Source of the DNA: Chrysomallon squamiferum | Taxonomy: Eukaryota; Animalia; Mollusca | Assembly (NCBI GenBank): GCA_012295275.1 | Contig: CM022676.1 | Span: 11,656,001-11,720,000 of the forward strand | Direction: 5' to 3' | DNA length: 64,000 bases | Shown: positions 14,073 through 25,326 of the stretch, one piece after another | Layout: each line of letters starts with the position of its first letter | How positions within the stretch are numbered: the stretch's first letter is position 1 | Program-made: the position numbers and the translations under genes | The notes under the pieces: generated by a model | The model's database searches: none | What the model saw: the letters and a program-made list of their open reading frames with translations, nothing else | Told to the model about the DNA's origin: nothing

Positions 14073-15081
14073 GACAGAAAGAGAGAAAGAGAGACACAGA
14101 GACAGAGCAAGTGAGTAGTTTCTAAAGTAGAGTGTTTTTCTGGTAGGTGTATTGTTGTCACTGTGTCTTGTTAATACTAAAACATTCAAAAGTCATTTTA
14201 TCAGTCTTTAACCTTTTTAAACCTCACACACACAGACACAGACACACGTATATTAATGTTTCTCACATGGCTCTTTACCACATATAAAACAACTAATTTT
14301 AAACAGCACAACAAGAAAGACAAAAACAAGGAATTAAAAACAAATGTATACAATCAAGTCTCTCCAAATTATTTCACAATCCAACTTTCATTTATACCAT
14401 GTCAGATTAAGGCAATGAAGAAAACAAGATAAAAATGAATAAATAGAAAATAAATAAATAAATAAATAAATAATCTTCTAAGATTCTTCAAGCAATAAAT
14501 ATTCTGACTTGGCCAACAATGAAAAACAAGCATCCATTAACGCCAAGCTGTACATTCTGTTTTTCTAATTCCAACCAGAAGACAAAACTGTTCACATTCA
14601 GATGAGCTTTGTTTTCCTAGCTGTAAGCAGACATTCTTTCCTATTTTGAAATCAAAACAAATTTTGTCATTCAAACCTTCAAGCCCTATTTACATCAAGC
14701 TACAAATATCTTAGCATCATCATTCTAATACAGGGGTCAAAACATTCAAAAACAAATATTTAAATTTTAGTTAAAAATCTATAGGCCCATTAAGCTAAAG
14801 GCATTGTTCATACAAAAATTTCTGATGCAAATTGAAATTTTCAAATATTTGAGCACAAATTCAAATATTTAAAACAATGAGAAAAAGTAAATAAACTTTA
14901 GGTCTGGTCTTTAGCTAAAGGCATCATTCAAAATCCTTTTTTTATTTTTTTATTTCATTTTTGGCAAAACATTATATCAAGCTACATTCAAAATTTCTTT
15001 CAGTTTTCAGAGTTACCGATTTGAACCTGATTAAGCTATTTCCAATAGGACATGCGACAAACCAAGGGAGATAACTAGTAC

Positions 15082-15126
15082 CTTCATGAACTGTGAGAGA
15101 ATCTCGAGACGGATCGATGGTGTTAA
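15082..15126 (-). CDS. Candidate 45-nt stalk cassette exon (VNTIDPSRDSLTVHE)
   Basis: gtttgttttttag acceptor, AAG|gtacta donor; phase 1 to 1; retains CpGs like the other exons. Confidence 0.65.
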
Positions 15127-16369
15127 CTAAAAAACAAACACATGTTGACATGAACACTAACATGTGATGATGCTGCAGGGTCAGCTGAAATGAAATTTTC
15201 AATGCCGGTATACATGCCACACCAAGTCTCTCTCTCTCTCCCTCTCCCTTTCAATCTCTTTCTCTCTCTCATCTCCTCCCCTCTCTCCCTTTCAATCTCT
15301 TTCTCTCTCTCTCTCTCTCTCCACCCCTCTCTGCCTTTCAATCTTTCTCTCTCACTCTCTCACACACACACAATTCATTAACAGAACAGACAAAATAAAA
15401 ATCCAGTTAAAATATTTGGCACAATGAATCAACACAAGTTACAAGAATATGACATAAAAAATATTGTGAATTTATGATCCGTAAGAAATTTTTCTCAAAC
15501 ATAAAAACAAATAAATAAAAATATAGTAAAATAAGAATCAATCAAAGTCACGAAATCAAAACAGAAAATTAAAATGTAAAAATAGAAATAAGGTAAAATA
15601 TGTAGTTTTTATATAAAATAGAAATAAAAAATAACGCAAGACCTGTCAAGGCAATAAAAGAAAACATCTCCGGTTTAAAATAAACCTGACAACCAATGAT
15701 TACATGCAAGATCTGAACATTTCATGTAGCACGCAGTAAAAGCACAACAGATGTGTAGATCTCTTATTTTACATAAAAAGTCTTTTTTTTTTTAGTTATC
15801 TGAATCCTTACAGTAGATGATAATGTTTGTGGGATTTTTATGTTTGTGTGTGTCTATAACCTGTGTGTGTTTATTGGTACATCTCTGTGAAATCTTGTGT
15901 CAAGTATATCAATATACAAGAAACAATTACAAAAGTGTTTTTTATTAATTTTAAACAGATACATAAAGAAATACATCTATTTTTAGCTCCCTGCACGTGA
16001 AGCCTGCACATAAAACTACCTTCACTAACAACTGTGTGTGCACAGAAAGCTTTGCCAGCATTCATTTTGCAACTTGCTATAAAAATGAAAATAAAAACAA
16101 GGCCTGTAAGACAGTCTGAAGTTTGGTTTCCAGTGACAGTCAACAAAGATAAAACAATATGTACAGAAAAGAAATTGTACCATTCCACATTGTGTACTGC
16201 AGCATTCTTACTGTATCTTGTACCATTCCATATAGTATATTGTACCACTGTATCCTGTATTTCAGTTTGATCTGGCAACCTGTGTAAGTAACCAAACAGC
16301 TAAGATTTCAGTGTGAAAGTTTTAAAATGACACAATCTCTTACACACTTCCATTAATTGGTCAAGTAAC

Positions 16370-16645
16370 AATCAATGTGACTGATCTAGCGGTTACAACC
16401 AATGAAATGAGATGGTTTATAAACAGTCTACTTTCAACCAATGAAATGAGACATATTCCAAGATGGCTGATGACCTAATGAAATGATATCTATTCTGACA
16501 TTCAAGAATGTCTAACTATAACCAATTAAATGATATCTATTCTGAAAAATATTCAAAATGGTCTAACTATAACCAATGAAATGATATCTATTCTGAGATG
16601 GTTCATTAATGATCTAGCTGTTTCAACCAATGAAATGAGATCTGT
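16370..16645. repeat. Degenerate tandem repeat with core aaccaatgaaatgagat
   Basis: Core recurs about 6 times at irregular spacing. Confidence 0.75.
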
Positions 16646-17032
16646 TTTGAGACTATGCAGGTTTCTATAGTATGGAGTACTATATGGAATGGTACAGTTC
16701 CTGCTGGTCTGGTGGCTAGCGGAGGTATTTCCTGAACCTAACACATTCTGTACAACACCACTGCCCAGCTGTACACAGAGAACACCGAGTGTGTTTTTAT
16801 AACAAACAGAAAAAGATTTCAAGTCACAGAAACATTCCACAAGAACTTTCCTATCATAATAATGCAGTGAGAGGAAGAAAAGATTTTGGTTTTTGCTTTG
16901 CTTTTTTTTTTTTTTTTTTTGATGTATTTTTGAAGCAGTGTGTCAACATAACAGCTCAAGCTTGTCAGGCAATTTCCCATTCCGGCTGAGAGAACAATGC
17001 ATCACGGTGGCTGAAAATTAAACATTATATAC

Positions 17033-17116
17033 CTTCCAGCACTGTTCTAACCACTGTGCTACTGGTGGTGCTACCGGTGGTGGTGCTAGTTGTAGGGGTG
17101 GTGGTGGTGGTGGTTT
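17033..17116 (-). CDS. Candidate 84-nt mucin-like Thr/Ser stalk exon (ETTTTTTPTTSTTTGSTTSSTVVRTVLE)
   Basis: ttatag acceptor, AAG|gtatat donor; phase 1 to 1; composition suits O-glycosylation. Confidence 0.7.
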
Positions 17117-17405
17117 CTATAATTAAATTGCAACAAGACTTCATTAGAATGATTGTTTCATTTTTGACTGACATGGTTCTGTCGTCAGACTCACAACCAC
17201 CAAGCTCTAGTTTCCAGAAATCTGTCAGTGATGACAAACTGTTTTCTTTACAGAACTTCACAACACAGTATCCTTACTTCATCTCTCTCTCTCTCTCTGC
17301 ATAACTCACAAACACATACACACCAGTGTCTGTTCAAATCAGATGTCCACTGGTATCGTTATTACAAGTCCCTTGCACTTCACGTTTAAACCTGGTGACA
17401 CTTAC

Positions 17406-17420
17406 CTTTACACATCAAAA
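17406..17420 (-). CDS. Candidate 15-nt stalk microexon (VLMCK)
   Basis: ctgtgattag|TTTTGATGTGTAAAG|gtaagt; consensus donor, weaker acceptor; phase 1 to 1. Confidence 0.35.
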
Positions 17421-18797
17421 CTAATCACAGATGAGAATATTTAGAATAATTCCAACGAACACACACACACACACTAACACTAAAAACAAAGGATATGCCG
17501 TGTTATTCTGCAGGTTGATCACTTGTTTGAGCTTCCACATACACTACATTTGTCAAGTTCTTTCACCGGTAGATAGAAATACTAGTCTTAACATTTCACA
17601 TAAAAAAGGAATTACTGAATGTGTATTCATGTCACAATAATAAATAAAACTGAAAAAAGTATCAAATTGTCATAAATAATAATTAAAGCAAATCAGTACT
17701 GCCAACTGAAATCATACAAAAGGTTTTCTTTTAAAACAAGATTAATTTGTTTCCACTGAAGAAACTTTCCCTCCCTGACATACCAATAGTTTGATGACAC
17801 TAATAAAACCAGATGAACATACTTCCCAGGTGAAATTTAAATCTGATGTGTATTTGAAATTAGAATAAGAAGTTAGTATGGAGTAACTAGTATGTAACAA
17901 TAATTTAAAAAATAAGTATTAGTAACAAACAACTGTTTGTGTGTAATTGTTAAGAAAGTAATTTTAGTTTTAATTCAACAGTAGTAACCCTCTCTGCAGA
18001 GCTTGTACTTCAAATGTGTACATTTAGCCAAAATCACTGCACAGACATTTCAACTTGTTTCCAATATTCACAACAGTCTTCATTAAAACTCTGTAATACA
18101 GTCACTTTCTAGTGACAAACATTATCACCAGCTGAAAGATACAGAACTACAAGCTGTACAACATGGATAAACATCCATTTCATTGGCTGAATGTTTGAGA
18201 ATGAGCCAATGAAAGCATGTGACACATCTGTGCAGTGTTTGTGGCTGTAGTCAACTGTAAAAGGGTTAAACTGAGTGCAGTGATTCCTTCCCCACAGACT
18301 CTGATCTCATACTTAGTGACTACACCAGAGAAGAAACCAGTAACAGCAACATTTCTTTCCTATAAACATTCTCAAAGGCAGTGCATGTCACAGTGACTTT
18401 GATAAATTGATTCTGGCTAGAACAGGGAAAAAGATCCAGATTTCAAGATCATGCCTGTAAGTTAAATGTATGTCAAAGTGATGAATATCAACTGACAATG
18501 GCATTCATTTTGTTGAAACTGAAGAACCAAACAATTCATCTGGTCATGGTCATATATTTTGATCATTATAAATTATTATTATTATATTATTTTATTGTTA
18601 TTATTTTTTTTAAAACATTAAATTTAGCAATAAAAATTGCATTCAGTCTATCAGTGTACATATAAATCAGAGATCAGAAATCTGTGGTTTCAGGAAACAC
18701 CAGAACATGGAACAGAAACCCCCAAAACATCACAGTGGACACTTCCATTTCAGTTCTTCCGGAATGGTCCAAAGTAATTGTGGGTAGGATGGCTTAC

Positions 18798-18875
18798 CCT
18801 CAACTTCTGCGACAATATGTTTGAAATTGGAACCAGGGACTGATGAAGTAGTCATGATTGATATGGAGGTGAATT
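18798..18875 (-). CDS. Candidate 78-nt stalk cassette exon (EFTSISIMTTSSVPGSNFKHIVAEVE)
   Basis: gttacag acceptor, G|gtaagc donor; stop-free, phase 1 to 1, Ser/Thr-rich. Confidence 0.65.
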
Positions 18876-20349
18876 CTGTAACATTCATTGGTAAATAAAA
18901 GTATTTTTTAAAATAACTATAATATGTACTGATGTTTGTTAACTGCTGTATACTCTATGTCTATTTAGTTACTTAATGCTGAAATGTTTATACAAATGTT
19001 TAAATAATTATTAAACTTATCTCTGTATTTCAGTTGCTGGCATATTAACATACTGGTTAACTAAAAGAAACATTAAGTAAAAAAATAAATAAATAAATAA
19101 ATGAAATAAATAAATAAATAAGAATATTTGGCTGCCTTAAACTACATGACCAAATGAGAATAATCTTTTAAGCTTTAATGTATTCATTTGTTTTTAGTAT
19201 TATTTCAGAATTGAATTAAATAAATGAACAAATGGATGAAATTTTTAGTCGCATTTCTGAAGAAAAAAAATTGGTACTATTCCAACAACAAAACCAGACA
19301 ACTGTAAAAAAAATTATAAATAAAATTCTTGTTAAATTATGAATCATAAGAATTAAGTAGCAACTGCTTGAAACAAAAACAGCTGTCAAATATTAAACAG
19401 GTTAGTACAGACTCAGCTTGAGCAGACTATTCCACAACACTACGTCTGATGATGTATTACGTGGTGGTGCAAAACATTTTATAGCCGTAATACCTTTGCT
19501 AATAATAAAGTATTAAAATAAACTTTTTGAAACAAGCCCAAAACAAATTATATTGTTTGACATTTTCTGTATTTTTATTTTTATTTAGACATGTATGGGT
19601 TTATGATTATCAAGAATTCTGAAAACTTGATTAAGTTACCCCTCCATTCCACCCTCCCCCCTTTGACTGATATACAGAAACATGTAGAAATATTACAAAA
19701 AGAGTCTTTTTTTTAATTTTATTTTTTATTTTTTATTTATTATATATATTTTAATAAATAAACTACATTGTTATATTACAGCCTCTTATTACAGTTGTTC
19801 AGTCTGACTCCTAATTTTTTTTTTAAAAAGAAATATTATTTAACATTCATGACATTAGTTACTTTATTATTTAGCAAAATTTGTATTTAAACACAAGAAC
19901 ATGAAATAGAAAAGCTTATTTGCAGAAAAATTTAATGATTAGGAAAGAATATTCTCCTAAATTTTAAACAAAAATGATTTCAGCAATAGTATTCTAGAAA
20001 AAAAATGCATCTTTATATCCTACTGTAAATATTATTAATATTATCATTATCATTATTAATATTATGCTGTTACTATTATAATTTTTTAAATTACTATTTT
20101 TATAATTATTACTATTATTATTACTATTATTATTATTTCTACCATTATAATTGTTTTATTATTACCATTATTATTACTACATTTATCATTATCTTTATTG
20201 TTATTAAAGGTTACTCTTCTAGTCCAGCTGTATTAAGGCCACCTCTGTTTGCATCACCTCGCACACAGTTTTGTAAAACAGAAGCTGAATCTGAAGTAAC
20301 AGAGACTTGAACATTTTGTTGTGTTAATAACTGGTCTAGATAATCTTAC

Positions 20350-20367
20350 CATGGGACACTGGGACTG
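20350..20367 (-). CDS. Candidate 18-nt stalk microexon (AVPVSH)
   Basis: tcattcatttcag|CAGTCCCAGTGTCCCATG|gtaaga; phase 1 to 1; NAGNAG acceptor also allows a 15-nt form. Confidence 0.6.
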
Positions 20368-21388
20368 CTGAAATGAATGATGTAACAAAATGAAAAATGA
20401 TGTCACAATACTCAAGTGTTTCATGCTTTGATAAAACACACACAACTTGTCCCGCATTCTGAAACCAAAGTGGTTAATAATACGAAAAAAAAAATAATAC
20501 ACGAATAAATAAAAATGGGTAGATAGATAAATGAATAAATATTTTTTGTAATGAAGATTAAAATAGACTAATGATAAATGAAAATACATACACATAATTG
20601 TGTTATTAATTGTTATCTAAATAAACAAATGATATATTTAAAACAAAATAAGTAAACAAATAAAATAAATAAATGAGCATATATATAAATAAATAAAATA
20701 GTAAGGAAATAAATAAATATAAATAAAACAAATATAGGTAAATAACTGAATAAACATCAATAAATAAATAAATAGAAATAAATATAGTTAAGTAACTAAC
20801 TAAATAAATAAATATAATAAATAAATAAACAAAGAGATAAACAAGGCTGTTGTTCCTGGCTAGGTAACTACTTGATACAAGTAATTCTAGTTACAGGAGA
20901 TATGTTTATTTTCTATTTGGGACTAATCATGCAGAACCTGTACGGTTTCATCATTTTTAAAACAACTTGGAAAACAAATAATTTTAGATATCTACCCAAA
21001 CACAAATTAACCAAAAAATATAATATTTAAATATTAAAAAAACCAAACAAACAATTACTACAGAATGAATAGTAATCAGAAATATTATTTCAGTTATTTA
21101 CGTATGTAGTTATTTATGTTGGTGTTTATTTATTTAATCCTAAATACTATTTCATATTTTGTATAATAAAATTCATTTTGAATGAAAATAGAGTAACTTT
21201 ATCATTGTCTTTGTTGTGAGGAAGTCAGTGTTTCTCAAATACAAGACCACAATTTCTAACAAGTAAAATAAATAAAACAGACCAAATTTCTTTTTTAAAT
21301 GAACACCTAACCAAGGCTCTAGAAAACCCTGAGTGGTTTGAGTGGTGGAACAAATTAAAGTAAAAGAAAAAGACAAAACGTCACTGAC

Positions 21389-21599
21389 CACCGAGTCCTT
21401 TTGATGTTTTGAAGATCTTTGTTCCCTTGGGCGACTCGCCGATGGAGTTGATGGCGATGATTTCAACGCTGTAGTAAGACTCGGCATCCAGGTGATCCAG
21501 CTTGTAGTCAGTTATGTCCCCTTTGGCAATCGTCTTGACAATGGGTTCGCTAAGAACACGTTCTACCATCCAGTTAGGAGCATCCCCTTTCACATCAAC
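21389..21599 (-). CDS. NCAM: FN3-2 second-half exon (VDVKGDAPNWMVERVLSEPIVKTIAKGDITDYKLDHLDAESYYSVEIIAINSIGESPKGTKIFKTSKGLG)
   Basis: tttcag / gtcagt (alternative gtggtc donor 3 nt earlier); 211 nt, phase 0 to 1. Confidence 0.9.
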
Positions 21600-22208
21600 C
21601 TGAAACACAATCAGTACACACTCAGCATTTCTCAACCTGCCTGTTTGTCTGTCTGTGTGTCTGTCACATACCTCACTGATCAGTTTTATATCTAGATCTC
21701 TGTTATCTATCTATCTACCTGTATCTACATATCTCTCTCTGTATGTATCCATCTCTATCTGGATAAATACACAGATAGATAGATAGACAGATAGATAGAT
21801 AGATACAGTTATTTTCTGTATTAGGGTGATTTTTCACCTGTAAAAACAGCTTTTCACTTACAAAAAGTCTTTTTTCTTTTTTGTGTTTACTGAACTAAAA
21901 TTATATTTCTGTCTTCAGAACTGATATTTACATACAGTTTATCTTTGCATGTTTCTCCAACCATAAATATTCTGTTGTCACTAAAATTGTTATGTCTGCA
22001 GTACAGTTTACATTGAAAATAATCGTGACTGCTATATACTGGCATAATATTTCTTCACTACAAAATATTAAATCTTATTGTTTTGTTTACTTTATTTTTT
22101 ATTATTATTTTTTTATATCCTTCCTATTACTCATGGGGCCTGATATTAGATGCTGAATCACGAAACATCAACAGATATTTTTAAACTTGTATAGAAAACC
22201 GTGCTCAC

Positions 22209-22336
22209 TTTTGAGTATGTGATGCGATAGTGAGTGAGTGGTGAGCCGCCTGTGAGCGGTTTCTTCCAGACAGCTGTGTACGAAGTAGCCTGGTCGCCAT
22301 AGTGACTAGACGTGATCTCCACCATGCCAGGAACAC
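22209..22336 (-). CDS. NCAM: FN3-2 first-half exon (RVPGMVEITSSHYGDQATSYTAVWKKPLTGGSPLTHYRITYSK)
   Basis: ttgtag / gtgagc; 128 nt, phase 1 to 0; WxxPxTGGSPLxxY. Confidence 0.93.
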
Positions 22337-22683
22337 CTACAACAACATCACATTTTTAAAGTTTTGTGTCACACTGAAACTTTCAATTTTGAATATTATT
22401 TGTAATGTACACAATTAAACTTGAAACGTCTCTGACCATTACATTCTTTCACAAACAAACACACACACACACGCACACGCACGCACGCACGCACGCACGC
22501 ACGCGAAATGCCCTGACTACTTCACACCATGTAATTCCATTCCACACCCAATTCCTTTAATAAAAAAAATAATAAAATTTAAAATAATTCCAGACTCCAC
22601 CCAGCTTTCATAAATAATTATTAAAAAAAAATTAAAAACAATTCCAGACTGAACCCAATTTTATAACAAAAAAAACCTAATAA

Positions 22684-22714
<31 letters not shown>

Positions 22715-22753
22715 ACAAATAAAAAGGAATAAAGGCAATTCCAGGCTACTTAC

Positions 22754-22894
22754 GGACGTTAGGCGTAGTCTCTGAAATGACAGCTTCAGCACCGTCGCCC
22801 ACAGCATTGCGTGCTTTGACCGTGATAACGTACACCTTGTTTGCCTGCAGATCCCTCAGTGTGTATTTAGTCCTTGGTTCATTTGGGTCACTGC
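22754..22894 (-). CDS. NCAM: FN3-1 second-half exon (SSDPNEPRTKYTLRDLQANKVYVITVKARNAVGDGAEAVISETTPNV)
   Basis: tttcag / gtaagt; 141 nt, phase 1 to 1; LxxxxxYxxxVxAxNxVG. Confidence 0.93.
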
Positions 22895-23298
22895 CTGAAA
22901 CACACACATTGCACAGTGACAAATCATACATTTAATCATTTAGACTCTTCTACAGCAGACACAAATGAAGATTAATCTCCTGACTAGAGGCTGGTATCTG
23001 GGATAACATAATATTGTTGATACATTATCAATAAATTAAAATCAACTGAAGTATATTCATCTTTTGTAGACAATGTGATGTTCATGCTCAATGAACAATT
23101 TTTTTTTTTTTTGTGTCTGTGAATGGAATTTATTATGAGAGAAATTCTGAGCAGTAAGAGGAATACTGGTTATGTAACACTACAGGAATGTATCTGGTGT
23201 TTCAGTCTCCCACCTGTTAACATGTTAACAAGTTGCTGGTATCTTTCCCATCTGTTAGTTTATCAGTAATGTTTTCTTCTTCTTTTTACTTCTTTTTG

Positions 23299-23625
23299 TC
23301 TGTCTGTGTGTGTGTGTGTGTGTGTCTGTGTGTGTATGTTTGTCTGTCTGTGTGTGTGTGTGTGTGTGTGTCTGTGTCTGTGTGTGTCTGTATGTATGTC
23401 TCTGTTTGTGTGTGTGTCTATGTGTGTGTCTGTGTGTGTGTCTGTGTGTCTGTCTCTGTGTGTCTGCCTGTGTCACTGTCTCTCTGTGTCTGTCTGTGTC
23501 ACTCTGTGTGTCTGCCTGTGTCACTGTCTGTGTGTGTCTGTCTCTGTGTGTCTGTTTGTGTCACTGTCTCTGTGTGTCTCTGTGTGTGTCTGTCTGTGTG
23601 TATGTCTGTGTGTCTGTGTGTGTGT
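23299..23625. repeat. Complex (TG)n/(TGTC)n microsatellite
   Basis: Seen directly; explains several spurious C/V and T/H ORFs. Confidence 0.95.
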
Positions 23626-23631
23626 ACTTAC

Positions 23632-23796
23632 TGACAGGAGCGCGAGCTGTTTTTGTTTCATCGCTACCCTCCGCCCGATACAGAATCTTGTACGCGAGAA
23701 TGTCCTGACCCCCATCACTCAGGGGTGGGGTGATCGCCAGCTGAATGGTGGTGGGCGTGGTCTCTACAGTGGAGACACTGGGCTGACCGGGGGTCT
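23632..23796 (-). CDS. NCAM: FN3-1 first-half exon ([55 protein letters not shown])
   Basis: cttcag / gtaagt; 165 nt, phase 1 to 1; PxxDGGxxIxxY. Confidence 0.93.
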
Positions 23797-23985
23797 CTGA
23801 AGTGAAAACAAACAAAACAGATTCACAATCTTTTGTATTTTTATTCAATACACAGAAAATGAAAATTTAGTGTCACTAAATGCAGAATGTATGTTAATGT
23901 GGACAAGATGGAGAGAAGAGGAGTATTTGAAGGATGAATTCAGAATGAATGGTAGTGAAGGAAAGTTGATCTGGCGAGAACTCAC

Positions 23986-24091
23986 CTGCTTTCTTCAGCT
24001 CAATCTCGTGTGGAGTTGTGCCGTGGATGTTGGTTGCCTTGCAGACGTACGTACCGAAGATGTAGTCGCGATTCCCCACGTTGACATTCAC
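23986..24091 (-). CDS. NCAM: Ig5 second-half exon (VNVNVGNRDYIFGTYVCKATNIHGTTPHEIELKKA)
   Basis: attcag / gtgagt; 106 nt, phase 0 to 1; FGxYxCxAxNxxG, typical of NCAM Ig5. Confidence 0.93.
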
Positions 24092-24337
24092 CTGAATGCA
24101 ACAAAATATAACAAAATATAAACAAATAAATAAATAAACAAATAAACAAATATTTAAACAAACAAATAAATAAATAAATAAACAAATAAATAAATAAATA
24201 AACAAATAAATAAACAAATAAATAAATAAAGAAATAAATAAAATAATGTGAGACACATTTACTTTTGTAAATATAAATTTAGAAATTAAAACAAAGATTG
24301 GAACCAATACTAATTCTGAGTTTGTAAGATTCATTGA

Positions 24338-24450
24338 GTACACTGTTAACTAAAAACTCAGTGAGCACACTGTTAACTAAAAACTCAGTGAGCACACTGT
24401 TAACTAAAAACTCAGTGAGCGCACTGTTAATTAAAAACTCACAGTGAGCG
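24338..24450. repeat. 27-bp tandem repeat (~4 copies) overlapping the donor of the Ig5 first-half exon
   Basis: Unit gtgagcacactgttaactaaaaactca. Confidence 0.9.
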
Positions 24451-24644
24451 TACTGGTGAGCTGGCGGATGCCTCGCTGCATGGCCTGTGAGAATGTGGAG
24501 TTGGAGAACTTCGGCTCCAGCTCTTCTCCGTTGTGATTCCAGACGATGGTGGGCTCCGGGGCTCCGTCTGCCACACACTTGATGTCTGTGGCGTGGTTCT
24601 CCCACCCGTACGTCTGGCTGTGCGGTTTGTGAAGTGAGGCTTGA
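24443..24644 (-). CDS. NCAM: Ig5 first-half exon (FKPHF / frameshift / KPHSQTYGWENHATDIKCVADGAPEPTIVWNHNGEELEPKFSNSTFSQAMQRGIRQLTSTLT)
   Basis: tttcag / gtgagt. The exon is 202 nt, but phase 1 to 0 needs 203 nt. The Ig motifs are intact after a 1-nt shift near 24630 (see findings). Confidence 0.85.
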
Positions 24645-24877
24645 CTGAAAGTAAAACGTGTTAAAACTCAGCTTCATGTGTTGTTTATTCTGAAGTTCAT
24701 GTTTATTCCTATCACTTGACTGTAAACTCATGTGTTGTTTGACTGAAAGTAAAACGTGTTAAAACTCAGCTTCATGTGTTGTTTATTCCTATCACTCTTA
24801 AAACTCAGCTTCATGTGTTGTTTATTCCTATCACTCTTAAAACTCAGCTTCATGTTTATTCCTATCACTCTTAAAAC
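24641..24877. repeat. ~50-bp duplication of the Ig5 acceptor plus 39-bp tandem units
   Basis: ttgactgaaagtaaaacgtgttaaaactcagcttcatgtgttgtttattc at 24641 and 24739, followed by ttaaaactcagcttcatgtgttgtttattcctatcactc units. Confidence 0.9.
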
Positions 24878-25157
24878 TGTACAGAACCTGTACACTTGTA
24901 TTTTACAAAAAATATAACCAATTACCCCCAAAAAATAGTAAGTGTATGCATATAAAAACAAAATTTACATTCTACAAAAAATAAACTTTACTAATCTACA
25001 AAAATTAAACCTAATAATCCACAAAACGTAACCTTACTGATCTACTAAAACTCTAACTTTACATTTCACAAAAAAAAAAACGACTACTGATCTAGAAAAA
25101 ATACAGCTTACATTCTAGAAAAGCTAATCTAGAAGAAAAGAAAAAAGCTGTGCTTAC

Positions 25158-25326
25158 ACTCCACGATGAGGGAGCCTGTTTTGTTGTCCTCTCCGCCCGA
25201 GTTCCGCGCAGTACACGTGTAGTTGTTTGTGTCCTCCGGCTTCAGCGACGCAAACTTCAGACTGTACTCCTTCTTTGTTATTCGTCCTTCTCTCTCTTCC
25301 GATTCCTCAATACTGAATGATGTCCC
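25158..25326 (-). CDS. NCAM: Ig4 second-half exon (GTSFSIEESEEREGRITKKEYSLKFASLKPEDTNNYTCTARNSGGEDNKTGSLIVE)
   Basis: taacag / gtaagc; 169 nt, phase 0 to 1; DxxNYTCxARN. Confidence 0.92.

Noticed and set aside
18178-18214. 11-bp hairpin tttcattggct...agccaatgaaa, and complementarity of the 16370-16645 ccaatgaaat cores to 1369-1420
   Set aside because: The matches are short and involve a motif that recurs across the window, too little to claim a long-range splicing structure.
20213-20290. Possible exon DSASVLQNCVRGDANRGGLNTAGLEE* (secreted isoform)
   Set aside because: The acceptor is plausible, but it lies only ~59 nt from the 18-nt microexon donor, the donors are weak, and nothing else supports it.
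23233-23800. Long Cys/Val-rich and Thr/His-rich ORFs
   Set aside because: They are translations of the TG/TC microsatellite. The same applies to the ER-repeat and SL-repeat ORFs at 492, 15123, 57356 and 63431.
24279-24731. 150-aa minus-strand ORF as a separate gene
   Set aside because: It is an alternative frame over the Ig5a exon plus flanking tandem repeats, with no Ig motifs in that frame.
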